Shown: in pieces, positions 19,782 through 28,380 of the stretch
How positions within the stretch are numbered: the first letter of the stretch is position 1
Layout of the letters: every line of letters begins with the position of its first letter
Assembly: GCA_045531895.1 (NCBI GenBank)
Contig: JAZSEW010000026.1
Coordinates: 27,492-91,491 of the forward strand
DNA length: 64,000 nt
DNA from: Lachnospiraceae bacterium
Lineage (GTDB): Bacteria; Bacillota; Clostridia; Lachnospirales; Lachnospiraceae
Reading direction: 5' to 3'
The notes under the pieces: generated by a model
Seen by the model: only the letters and a program-made list of their open reading frames with translations
The model's database searches: none
What the model was told of the DNA's origin: nothing
Translations under genes and position numbers: made by a program

Positions 19782-20855
19782 ATGTTTGATAAATTAGAGG
19801 ATTTATTAAGACGCTTTGAAGAAATCCAGAATGAATTAAGTGAACCTACTGTAGTCAGTGACCAGAACCGCTTCCGTAAACTGATGAAGGAACAGAACGA
19901 CCTGACTCCGATTGTAGAGGCGTATACCGAATATAAGAAGGAAAAGCAGAATATTGAAGACAGCCTCATGATTTTGGATGAGGAAAGCGATGAAGAAATG
20001 AGAGAGCTGGCAAAAGAAGAATTAAATGCCAGCAAAGAAAATGTAGATGCTTTAGAGCAGAAGTTAAAAATTTTACTTCTTCCAAAAGACCCGAACGATG
20101 ATAAGAATGTAATTGTGGAGCTTCGTGCAGGCACGGGTGGTGACGAGGCCACGCTGTTTACTGCAGAAATTTACCGTATGTATTGTAAATATGCCGAATC
20201 CCAGCGCTGGAAGACCGAACTGATTTCTGTCAGCGAGAATGGCATTGGTGGTTTTAAAGAAGCTATCTTTATGGTAAACGGTACCGGTGCATATTCTAAG
20301 CTGAAGTATGAAAGTGGTGCCCACCGTGTACAGCGAGTTCCTGTAACGGAGTCGCAGGGACGTATTCAGACTTCTGCTATTACCGTTGCAATTATGCCGG
20401 AAGCAGAAGAAGTAGATATCGAGATTAATCCAAATGATTGCCGTATCGATGTATTCCGTTCCTCTGGTAACGGTGGCCAGTGTGTAAACACTACCGACTC
20501 TGCAGTGCGTTTGACTCACATACCGACAGGTATTGTTATTTCCTGTCAGGATGAAAAGTCTCAGTTAAAGAATCGTGACAAGGCCTTCAAGGTACTGCGC
20601 TCCAAATTGTATGAATTAGAATTGGAAAAGGCTCATGATGCGGAAGCAGCAGCAAGAAAGAGTCAGGTTGGTTCCGGTGACCGTTCCGAAAAGATTCGTA
20701 CTTACAACTTCCCGCAGGGACGTGTAACCGACCACAGAATCAATCTTACCACATATAATCTGGATGCGGTAATGAACGGAGATTTACAGAAGTTTGTGGA
20801 CTCGTTAATAGCAGCCGACCAGGCGGCGAAGTTAGCTGCTATGGCGGAAGAGTAA
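19782..20855 (+). CDS. prfA: Peptide chain release factor 1
   Basis: 357 aa with a PxT-type tripeptide (PVT), a GGQ motif ([10 protein letters not shown]), and THIPTGIV. Confidence 0.95.
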   Translation: MFDKLEDLLRRFEEIQNELSEPTVVSDQNRFRKLMKEQNDLTPIVEAYTEYKKEKQNIEDSLMILDEESDEEMRELAKEELNASKENVDALEQKLKILLLPKDPNDDKNVIVELRAGTGGDEATLFTAEIYRMYCKYAESQRWKTELISVSENGIGGFKEAIFMVNGTGAYSKLKYESGAHRVQRVPVTESQGRIQTSAITVAIMPEAEEVDIEINPNDCRIDVFRSSGNGGQCVNTTDSAVRLTHIPTGIVISCQDEKSQLKNRDKAFKVLRSKLYELELEKAHDAEAAARKSQVGSGDRSEKIRTYNFPQGRVTDHRINLTTYNLDAVMNGDLQKFVDSLIAADQAAKLAAMAEE

Positions 20856-20926
20856 TTGCTCTGTCCGGGAATTCACGGATGCTCTTTCTGGTTTTAATAT
20901 TTTTATAAGATATATGCCTATTTGAA

Positions 20927-20963
20927 AACAGGTTCGAACTTTTGATTTCGAATCTGTTTTTTT
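20927..20963 (+). terminator. Rho-independent terminator after prfA
   Basis: aacaggttcgaa / ttcgaatctgtt (one G-U) followed by a T-run. Confidence 0.8.
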
Positions 20964-20998
20964 ATGGAAGGTTTTGAAATGAAAAAGAGACTGTATTA

Positions 20999-21027
20999 TT
21001 GAAACTCCCTGCTGTTTTTGCTATAAT
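20999..21027 (+). promoter_or_regulatory. Sigma-A-type promoter for the TraX-GGDEF / kinase operon
   Basis: TTGAAA, 17 nt, TATAAT, with an extended -10 TGc. It predicts a 5' UTR of about 120 nt. Confidence 0.6.
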
Positions 21028-21154
21028 TAAACTATGTATATGTTATTTCTCCGTACTTCTTATTTTGAAATCTATGATTTTGTTTCAGAGAAGAATGTTG
21101 CGTACCAACAGCTTTTTGTTAACCTTGCAAGGATGCCTGACTGGAGGGAATAGT

Positions 21155-23356
21155 ATGAAATCATTAAACCGTACACAGTTAAAATTAATTGCCATAACTG
21201 CCATGGTGTGTGACCATGTAGCATGGGGATTTGTGGAGTTCTGGAGTCCGTTGGGACAAATTATGCATATTATTGGACGGCTGACTATCCCTATTATGTG
21301 CTTTTTTATTGCGGAAGGGTTTCGAAAGACTTCCAGTGTCAAAGAATATATCAAGCGAATGATGTTGTTTAGTGTGGTGGCAATGTTGCCGTTTTACTTG
21401 TTTTTTGGTGATATGTATGAGTATAGGCAAAATATAATTTTTGATTTACTGCTGGGACTTTTACTGTTGGCAACATTAGAAAACAGGGAACTTAGACTAT
21501 GGCAGAAGGTGGTTTGTTCTGCCGGATTGTTTTTGATCTCTGCAATGATTGGCGGATGGATTATTATGCCGATGTTATATATTCTTGTATTTTATTATGT
21601 GCGGGATTTTAAGAAGCAGGCGGCATGGGTTTGCGGACTGACCATTATTTTGGAGGTTTTTCTGATTGTGGCGGTGGAATTAAACCGTATTCTGCATTTT
21701 TCACGTTATGACTGGCCGTGGTATGACAAATTGTATTTCTTAGGCTTCATGATTCCGCTATTGTTGATTAAGCGGTATAACGGGGAAAAAGGAAAGAGCA
21801 TCGGTGGAAGATATTTTTTCTATCTGTTTTACCCGGGACATTTTCTTGCACTGGCAGGAATTAAATGGCTGCTTGCAGGAGTGACTTTATATGATATCTA
21901 TGTGGGACTTCATGTATTGGCATTAGTTGTATGTGTGGCGATTCTTATTAAGGTTTTCTGGGCGAGACCATCCAGAGGACAAACCGGCACATTGCTTTTG
22001 GTACTTTCCGGCTGTATTTATACCTTCGGCTTTTTACTTGAAATCACCTCCGGAAATGTAGGTGGATTTTATGCAGCTACGGTTACCCAATATTTTGGGG
22101 AATGCCTGCTTATGATAGGTTTTACAACCTTTGTAGCGGAGATGTGTCACCGTATGGTGCCCGCATTTATTTACGCATTGGAATGGCTGACTAATATTAT
22201 CATTATGTGGCTCTTGTTTACAACGAGAGAAAATCACTATTTCTACACCTATATTGGTATGGATGACAGTGGACCATTTCCAAGATTGGTACTGGAATAT
22301 GGTTGGGGATTTTCAATGTTCGTAGTATATATGGTGCTGGTATGCGGCGGATGTCTTTTTGTTTGTGTGGCCGGTGCATGTAAATCCACCGGGATTGAAC
22401 GAAAAAGAATGCTTTGTACCGCGGTTGCCATTATTTGTCCATGGTTGCCGATTTTTATCAGGGAAGCAGGGCTGACCGGAGGCTATGAAGTACCTTGTCT
22501 TGGTATTATGGGAGCCGTGATTTTAGTAGGTCTGGCACTGTTGAGATATGGCTATTTCGACTCGATTGCACTGGCCGGAGAAAATGCTCTGAATCATGGG
22601 CAGGAGGGCATTATGGTAATTAATAACCATCGTGCCATTACTTACTTTAACAAACGTATGGAAGAAATGTTTGGAAAGCTTGCGCTGAAGCAGAATGCAT
22701 ATAAAAATGAAACTTTAAAAAAGATTTTTGAAGGAACAGTAAAGACACTGGAACTTAAAGGAAAAATATACGAAATGCGTGTAGAACCTCTGATAGAGGG
22801 TGGATATGTGCAGGGGTATATGTTATGGATGTTGGATATTACAGAGCATCAGCATATTTTGGATAAAATCAGCGATATGGCTCATAAGGATTCCTTAACC
22901 GGTGTTTATAACCGAAATTATTTTATTACTCTTTTGGAATCGTATTTACAAGAGGGTGGTAGTGGAAGCTTTTTTATGATGGATTTAAACAGCTTTCGTC
23001 AGGTAAATGATCGCTTTGGACACCAGGCTGGCGATGATATTTTGGCGAAACTGGGAGAAACTTTATCAGAACAGGGGGCAGATGCAATTGCATGCCGTAT
23101 CGGCGGAGATGAGTTCTGTATGTTTTGTAAGGAGGCTTTTGACGCTAAAGAACTGGAGAACGTGGCTGAAAGGATAATTACAGCGTTTAAATCAAAGATT
23201 GAAGAAGAAAAATATGCAAATCTTGTAAGTGTTTCGTTTGGAATTACAAGAATTCTGGAAAACACAGACCGCGATTTTGAAAAGCTGTACAGTAATGCGG
23301 ACAAGGCATTATATGTGGCAAAGAACAGAAGCAAAAATGCCTGGTATATCCTTTAA
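21155..23356 (+). CDS. TraX-family domain / 7-TM sensor / PAS / GGDEF diguanylate cyclase fusion
   Basis: The start is at the ATG 7 nt after ggaggg. N-terminus: LKLIAITAMVCDHVAW...GRLTIPIMCFFIAEGFRKTS (TraX-like). Next come a second polytopic block ending LLRYGYFDSIALAGENAL (histidine-kinase-type N-terminal 7TM), a PAS-like segment, and DSLTGVYNR...MDLNSFRQVNDRFGH..GD...RIGGDEF. Confidence 0.85.
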   Translation: MKSLNRTQLKLIAITAMVCDHVAWGFVEFWSPLGQIMHIIGRLTIPIMCFFIAEGFRKTSSVKEYIKRMMLFSVVAMLPFYLFFGDMYEYRQNIIFDLLLGLLLLATLENRELRLWQKVVCSAGLFLISAMIGGWIIMPMLYILVFYYVRDFKKQAAWVCGLTIILEVFLIVAVELNRILHFSRYDWPWYDKLYFLGFMIPLLLIKRYNGEKGKSIGGRYFFYLFYPGHFLALAGIKWLLAGVTLYDIYVGLHVLALVVCVAILIKVFWARPSRGQTGTLLLVLSGCIYTFGFLLEITSGNVGGFYAATVTQYFGECLLMIGFTTFVAEMCHRMVPAFIYALEWLTNIIIMWLLFTTRENHYFYTYIGMDDSGPFPRLVLEYGWGFSMFVVYMVLVCGGCLFVCVAGACKSTGIERKRMLCTAVAIICPWLPIFIREAGLTGGYEVPCLGIMGAVILVGLALLRYGYFDSIALAGENALNHGQEGIMVINNHRAITYFNKRMEEMFGKLALKQNAYKNETLKKIFEGTVKTLELKGKIYEMRVEPLIEGGYVQGYMLWMLDITEHQHILDKISDMAHKDSLTGVYNRNYFITLLESYLQEGGSGSFFMMDLNSFRQVNDRFGHQAGDDILAKLGETLSEQGADAIACRIGGDEFCMFCKEAFDAKELENVAERIITAFKSKIEEEKYANLVSVSFGITRILENTDRDFEKLYSNADKALYVAKNRSKNAWYIL

Positions 23357-23391
23357 GAAACGGCTGGAGGCATAAGAAGTGGGGTAAGAAT

Positions 23392-26300
23392 ATGAAGGTA
23401 GACATTTTCAGAAAAGTAATCCGGGCGGTTCTGCTGATTGATATTATTCTGGTGCTTGTGGTTATTTTTGGATTTCGAGTGGATGATATGACACTTTCAA
23501 AAGGAGAAGTGTATTGTTTCAATTCCGGCTGGTCTATGACATGGCAGGGAGGAGAAAGTAAAAAAATAGAAAAACTTCCGTATCTGGGAAAGAGTGAACC
23601 GGAGGAATTGGTGGTTATGGAAAACACGATTCCGGAAGCCTTTTATGGAAAGACATTATCTTTCTTGTCTGCAGATAAGGAATTGATAGTATGGTTGGAC
23701 GGAGAAAAGGTGTATGAATTTGGAACCTCAGATACAAGGTATTTTGGACATACACCGGGTAGTGTGGTTAACTTTATTGATATACCTGACAATCTTGTCC
23801 AAGGCCATATCAGAATAGAAATGATGTCGCCTTATGCGGATTATGCGGCCAGAGCCAGTGAAATTACCATAGGAGAACGTGATACTCTGATTTTACAGCT
23901 GCTACAGGAAAATCTGTTTAAGATTATCTGTAATGTGGTCATTCTAATTTGCGGTATTATTTTTCTGCTATTATTTTTGATTCAGAAGGTTTCAGGACAG
24001 AGTACAGGCGGCATGCAGTATTTATGCGGTTATTGTGTAGTGGCTGCAGTGTATTATTCTGTAGAAACTAAGGTACTACATATTTTTTACGGAAACCAGA
24101 CGTTGTATTCTGTACTGGTATTCCTATGCCTGATGCTGATTCCGTTTTTTATAGGATTATATTATTCTAATGGAATTTTTGTACAGTATAAGAAACGCTG
24201 GAAGCTTTTACTTGGACTGATAAGTACAAACATTGTAATTCAGCTGATATTGCAGTTAACCAATCTGGTGGACTTTATGAATATGGCTTTTTTCTCCCAT
24301 GCGCTGATTGCGCTTACCGTTCTCGTGGTAGGAAAATCATATCTGGATATTTTAAAAGAGAAGAAAGATATGGGAATCCGGCTGGGAATGTTAGCCTTGC
24401 TTGCTATGGGAATCGGAGGTACTATTGACATTGTCAGGATGTATGTGGTTGCTGTAGGAGATATGGGAAAATTCAGTCGTCTTGGAACAACCTGCTTTGG
24501 AATGATTATGCTGTATCAGCATATCAGTCAGGTGCTGAAAGGTTATGCACATAACACAGAAGAAAATGCCAGACTTTTAAAAAATGAGATGGAATTGATT
24601 GAGAAGCAGAACGAGCAGCTGAGAATTGCCAATGAGCAGGCAGAGGAGGCAAGAGCAGAAGCAATTGCTGCCAACGCAGCCAAGGGGAGATTCCTTGCTC
24701 ATATGTCTCACGAAATACGGACACCTATTAATGCGGTGCTCGGCATGGATACCATGATTTTAAGAGAAAGCAGGGAAATGCAAATAAAGGAATATGCACT
24801 GGATATTCAGAATGCAGGACAGACTTTACTGGCTTTGATTAATGAAATTCTGGATTTTTCCAAGATTGAGTCCGGTAAGTTGGACATTGTTTTGGTAGAG
24901 TATGACTTTAGCAGCTTGATTCATGATATTTCCAACATGATTAAAGCAAAGGCAAATGCAAAAAAACTGGAATTAAAGATTCATGTAGATGAAAAACTTC
25001 CTTCCAAGCTTTTGGGTGATGATGTGCGTATTCGACAGGTACTTGTCAATTTACTGAATAATGCGGTAAAATATACGCAGAGTGGAACCGTAAGTCTGAA
25101 GGTTGATGGAAGGCAGGAGGGCAGAAAGGTATATTTTGACTTTTCTGTGGAAGATACAGGAATCGGTATCAGGGAAGAGGATATTGAAAAACTGTTTAAG
25201 GAATTTGAACGTATTGAGGAAAAGCGGAACCGCAATATTGAGGGAACCGGTCTTGGCATCAATATCACAACCCAGCTTTTGCATTTAATGGGCAGCAGGC
25301 TTCAGGTTGAAAGTGTTTATGGTAAAGGGTCCAGATTTTTCTTTACATTGGAGCAGCAGATTATAGATTCCACGCCGGTAGGAAATCTTGAGGAACGGTT
25401 AAAGAAGATGACAACGGAATATTCCTATATGGCAGCCTTTACAGCACCGAATGCAAAAGTTCTTGTGGTGGACGATAATGCCACAAATCATAAAGTATTT
25501 GTAAGCCTGCTTAAGTTTACAAAAATTAACGTGGATGTGGCAGACAGCGGCAAGGCCTGTCTGGAGCTGATAACAAAAAAGAAATATGATCTGATCTTTC
25601 TTGATCATATGATGCCGGAAATGGATGGCATTGAAACCATACACCGGATGAAACAGATGGAACAGAATTTGTGTGACAGAACTCCGGTGATTGCCCTGAC
25701 AGCCAATGCCATTACCGGGGCAAAGGAGATGTATCTGGCAGAAGGATTTGATGCATTTTTACCAAAGCCAATCAATCCGGAAAAATTAGAACAGATGATT
25801 TTACGGTTGTTACCTAGAGAACTGTTGCTGTTCGAGGCAGAGGAGGACGGAACGGAAACAAGTGCAGAGGAAGTAAAATCGGATAAGGACAATAGTCCGG
25901 TTATGGAAGAAGAGCTTCCGATGGTGGATGGTATTGACTGGAGCTATGGTCTTATGCATTTGCCGGACAGGGAACTGTTGCAGGATACAGTGAATGATTT
26001 TTATAAAACACTGGAAGCTGAAGCGTCATTTTTACAATCCTTATATGAAGAACGTCAGAATCAGGAGAAGCTTTCACAGTACCGCATTAAGGTGCATGCA
26101 ATGAAAAGCACGGCCAATCTGATTGGTGCCACAGTGCTTGGTGGAATGGCAAAGCTTTTGGAAAACGCCGCCAGAGATGGGGATGTGGATCGAATAGAAG
26201 CTTTACACGATATTTTCCTGACAGAGTGGCGGAGCTACAAAGAAAAACTTAAAGTATGCATAAATGAAGAGCAAAAGGAACAAAAAGGGAATGCAGCAGA

Positions 26301-26535
26301 GCAGTACTTGTTAGTTTTAAACTATTTGGAAATGCTTCAGACGGCCATGCAGGAACTGAATATGGATGAAATGGACAGGATAATGGAACTTTTGGAGGAA
26401 TTTCAATATTCAGAAGAGCTTCAGGAACAAATAGAACAACTGGCAGTATTTGTGACAAATTTAGATAGCGCTCAGGGAGAACTACTGATAGAAAAAATGA
26501 TACATCAGATAACAAGTGAAATGGGAGGAAACTAG
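23392..26535 (+). CDS. Hybrid sensor histidine kinase / response regulator with C-terminal HPt domain
   Basis: An N-terminal extracytoplasmic domain is followed by about 7 TM (7TMR-DISM-like). Kinase motifs: H-box HMSHEIRTPIN, N-box LLNNAVKYT, G-boxes EDTGIGI and GTGLGI. Receiver (VLVVDDN...LIFLDHMMPEMDG...ALTA) and HPt (HAMKSTANLIGA). Confidence 0.9.
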   Translation: MKVDIFRKVIRAVLLIDIILVLVVIFGFRVDDMTLSKGEVYCFNSGWSMTWQGGESKKIEKLPYLGKSEPEELVVMENTIPEAFYGKTLSFLSADKELIVWLDGEKVYEFGTSDTRYFGHTPGSVVNFIDIPDNLVQGHIRIEMMSPYADYAARASEITIGERDTLILQLLQENLFKIICNVVILICGIIFLLLFLIQKVSGQSTGGMQYLCGYCVVAAVYYSVETKVLHIFYGNQTLYSVLVFLCLMLIPFFIGLYYSNGIFVQYKKRWKLLLGLISTNIVIQLILQLTNLVDFMNMAFFSHALIALTVLVVGKSYLDILKEKKDMGIRLGMLALLAMGIGGTIDIVRMYVVAVGDMGKFSRLGTTCFGMIMLYQHISQVLKGYAHNTEENARLLKNEMELIEKQNEQLRIANEQAEEARAEAIAANAAKGRFLAHMSHEIRTPINAVLGMDTMILRESREMQIKEYALDIQNAGQTLLALINEILDFSKIESGKLDIVLVEYDFSSLIHDISNMIKAKANAKKLELKIHVDEKLPSKLLGDDVRIRQVLVNLLNNAVKYTQSGTVSLKVDGRQEGRKVYFDFSVEDTGIGIREEDIEKLFKEFERIEEKRNRNIEGTGLGINITTQLLHLMGSRLQVESVYGKGSRFFFTLEQQIIDSTPVGNLEERLKKMTTEYSYMAAFTAPNAKVLVVDDNATNHKVFVSLLKFTKINVDVADSGKACLELITKKKYDLIFLDHMMPEMDGIETIHRMKQMEQNLCDRTPVIALTANAITGAKEMYLAEGFDAFLPKPINPEKLEQMILRLLPRELLLFEAEEDGTETSAEEVKSDKDNSPVMEEELPMVDGIDWSYGLMHLPDRELLQDTVNDFYKTLEAEASFLQSLYEERQNQEKLSQYRIKVHAMKSTANLIGATVLGGMAKLLENAARDGDVDRIEALHDIFLTEWRSYKEKLKVCINEEQKEQKGNAAEQYLLVLNYLEMLQTAMQELNMDEMDRIMELLEEFQYSEELQEQIEQLAVFVTNLDSAQGELLIEKMIHQITSEMGGN

Positions 26536-26536
26536 T

Positions 26537-27304
26537 ATGAAAAAGATACTTTTAATTGGGGAATTAAATATGACAGTCAGCAGTATTAACCAGCATCTGT
26601 ATACCAGATTCCAAACACAGATATGTACCAACGATTATGAAACGGTAAAAGGAATGGAAAAGGTATTTAAGCCGGATTTGGTGCTGATTTGTCTTGTGGG
26701 AAGTGAGGAACTGGATGAGAGAATTCTGACCTTCTTCAGTGAGAAGAAGAGACCGATTTTACTGGTTGGAACAAAGGAGGAATACAGTCGGTATCAATCT
26801 TGTATAGAGGAAAATTTGTGTGATTTTGCGGTACGTCCGCTTACGTTACAAGCTCTTTTGAAAAAATGTATGGTAATGCTTAAGATGGCAGTCGAAGAAC
26901 AGGAAGAAATCGTTGTAAAGCGGGAAACAAGAGAGAAAAAAATGATTCTTGCAGTAGATGACAGCGGTATTTTACTGAGAAGTGTAAAGAAGATGCTGGA
27001 GCCAACGTATGATGTCGTGGTAGCCAATTCCGGAATGATGGCACTGAATCAGGCCAAAAAGAACCGGCCGGATTTGATTCTTCTGGATTATGAAATGCCG
27101 GAATGGGATGGAAAGAAGACCTTGGAAGAAATCAGAAAAGACGAAGAACTAAAGGATATTCAGGTGCTGTTTTTGACGGCAGTGGCGGACAAAGCCCATA
27201 TCACTGCCGTACTTGATTTGCATCCGTGTGGTTATTTGCTAAAACCGTTTGAACAGCAGAAGCTTCTGGATACCATAGAGACAGTATTATCGGGTGAAGT
27301 ATAA
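26537..27304 (+). CDS. Tandem-receiver protein (degenerate REC + canonical REC, no output domain)
   Basis: The second half is a canonical receiver: ILAVDDSG...LILLDYEMPEWDG...FLTA..K. The first half is REC-like but lacks the acidic pocket (IGELN) and the phospho-acceptor Asp (LVLICLVG). The ATG lies 1 nt after the kinase stop. Confidence 0.8.
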   Translation: MKKILLIGELNMTVSSINQHLYTRFQTQICTNDYETVKGMEKVFKPDLVLICLVGSEELDERILTFFSEKKRPILLVGTKEEYSRYQSCIEENLCDFAVRPLTLQALLKKCMVMLKMAVEEQEEIVVKRETREKKMILAVDDSGILLRSVKKMLEPTYDVVVANSGMMALNQAKKNRPDLILLDYEMPEWDGKKTLEEIRKDEELKDIQVLFLTAVADKAHITAVLDLHPCGYLLKPFEQQKLLDTIETVLSGEV

Positions 27305-27310
27305 TCTATA

Positions 27311-28165
27311 TTATACCGGAAATACATTATGTCGATTGTAGCTGTCCCGATACTCGCTAGGAGAAAGTCCGGTTACTTTACGGAACGCATTGGAAAAGTT
27401 ATGGGCATCGGTAAAGCCAAGCCGGAAAGCAATCTGGGATACCGGTTCTGTGGTCTCGCTAAGAGAAGCCTTGGCACGTTCCATTTTTATTTGGAGAATA
27501 TACTGTTTTAGGGAAATACCTGCCCGCTGTTTAAAGAACGTGGTCAGGTATTTTTCGTTATAGCCGAAGTAGTTTGCTACCTGAGAAACCTTTAAATTTT
27601 CTGAAAGGTGCCAGGAAACATAATCGCAAATGTCTTGGTAGAGCTGTTCCTTAATGATTTTATTACCATAAGCAGGATAAATCTGTCCCTGAAGAGCGAC
27701 TTCTGATAAGATGGCACTGCAAAGGTAACGGTTTAAGGAGATTTCACGGTAGCGGCGGTCGGAATCCTGTAGTTGCTTCATCAAAATAATGATACGGTCG
27801 GGGGAGGTGAGTCGTCCCTGCTCCGGAAGAAGAAGTTGTCCGGGAGTATAGGAAAGTCCTTTTGCAGTAAGCAGTTCGTGGTTATTTTGTTCTTTATTAT
27901 AGCCAAAATGCATCCAGTAAAAGATACAATGTGATGATTTTGTGCCGTGTTCAAATTCATTTGGAGGCATCAGAAGATATTCCCCGGTAGAAACCGTGTA
28001 TTCTGTTGTTGCGCTGGCAATATGGAGGACACCTTCTGTTACGACAAACAGTTCGTAGTCTGCCAAATTTCGGGTCAAATGAATCCAATTATTGTCCGGA
28101 GCAATAAATTTGCCACACCAATGGTAAATAAATTCGTTTTCGGTATTAAAACGGATATAGTTCAT
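27311..28165 (-). CDS. AraC family transcriptional regulator (cupin sensor + HTH)
   Basis: 284 aa with an N-terminal cupin-like region. The C-terminal double HTH reads ...VANYFGYNEKYLTTFFKQRAG...IAFRLGFTDAHNFSNAFRKVTGLSPSEYR. Confidence 0.85.
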   Translation of the reverse strand: MNYIRFNTENEFIYHWCGKFIAPDNNWIHLTRNLADYELFVVTEGVLHIASATTEYTVSTGEYLLMPPNEFEHGTKSSHCIFYWMHFGYNKEQNNHELLTAKGLSYTPGQLLLPEQGRLTSPDRIIILMKQLQDSDRRYREISLNRYLCSAILSEVALQGQIYPAYGNKIIKEQLYQDICDYVSWHLSENLKVSQVANYFGYNEKYLTTFFKQRAGISLKQYILQIKMERAKASLSETTEPVSQIAFRLGFTDAHNFSNAFRKVTGLSPSEYRDSYNRHNVFPV

Positions 28166-28380
28166 AAGATGACCTCCTTTGAATGAAATATTGCCTTATA
28201 GTAGATTATACAATTTTTTTATACTTCGTGTAAAGGGTGGGAGTAAAAATGGTAAGTAGTATATTATATAATGGAAAAAGTACATTTTTCTGAACTTACT
28301 TCTTGCGCAATAGGAATGAACGTAATATAATTAAGTTATGTAAGGCTAACCAAAGAGTAACGGGTAATGGGGATAGAGTT

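Noticed and set aside
20999-21154. Upstream 52 codons of the TraX-GGDEF ORF
   Set aside because: This segment contains the predicted promoter (20999-27). The TraX-like N-terminus, preceded by an RBS, starts at 21155.
28166-28380. c-di-GMP riboswitch (GEMM-I/II) near the c-di-GMP genes; the 21028-21154 leader was also checked
   Set aside because: I could not find the conserved GEMM sequence blocks or the tetraloop-receptor arrangement. Only weak short palindromes are present (for example ccttgcaagg).
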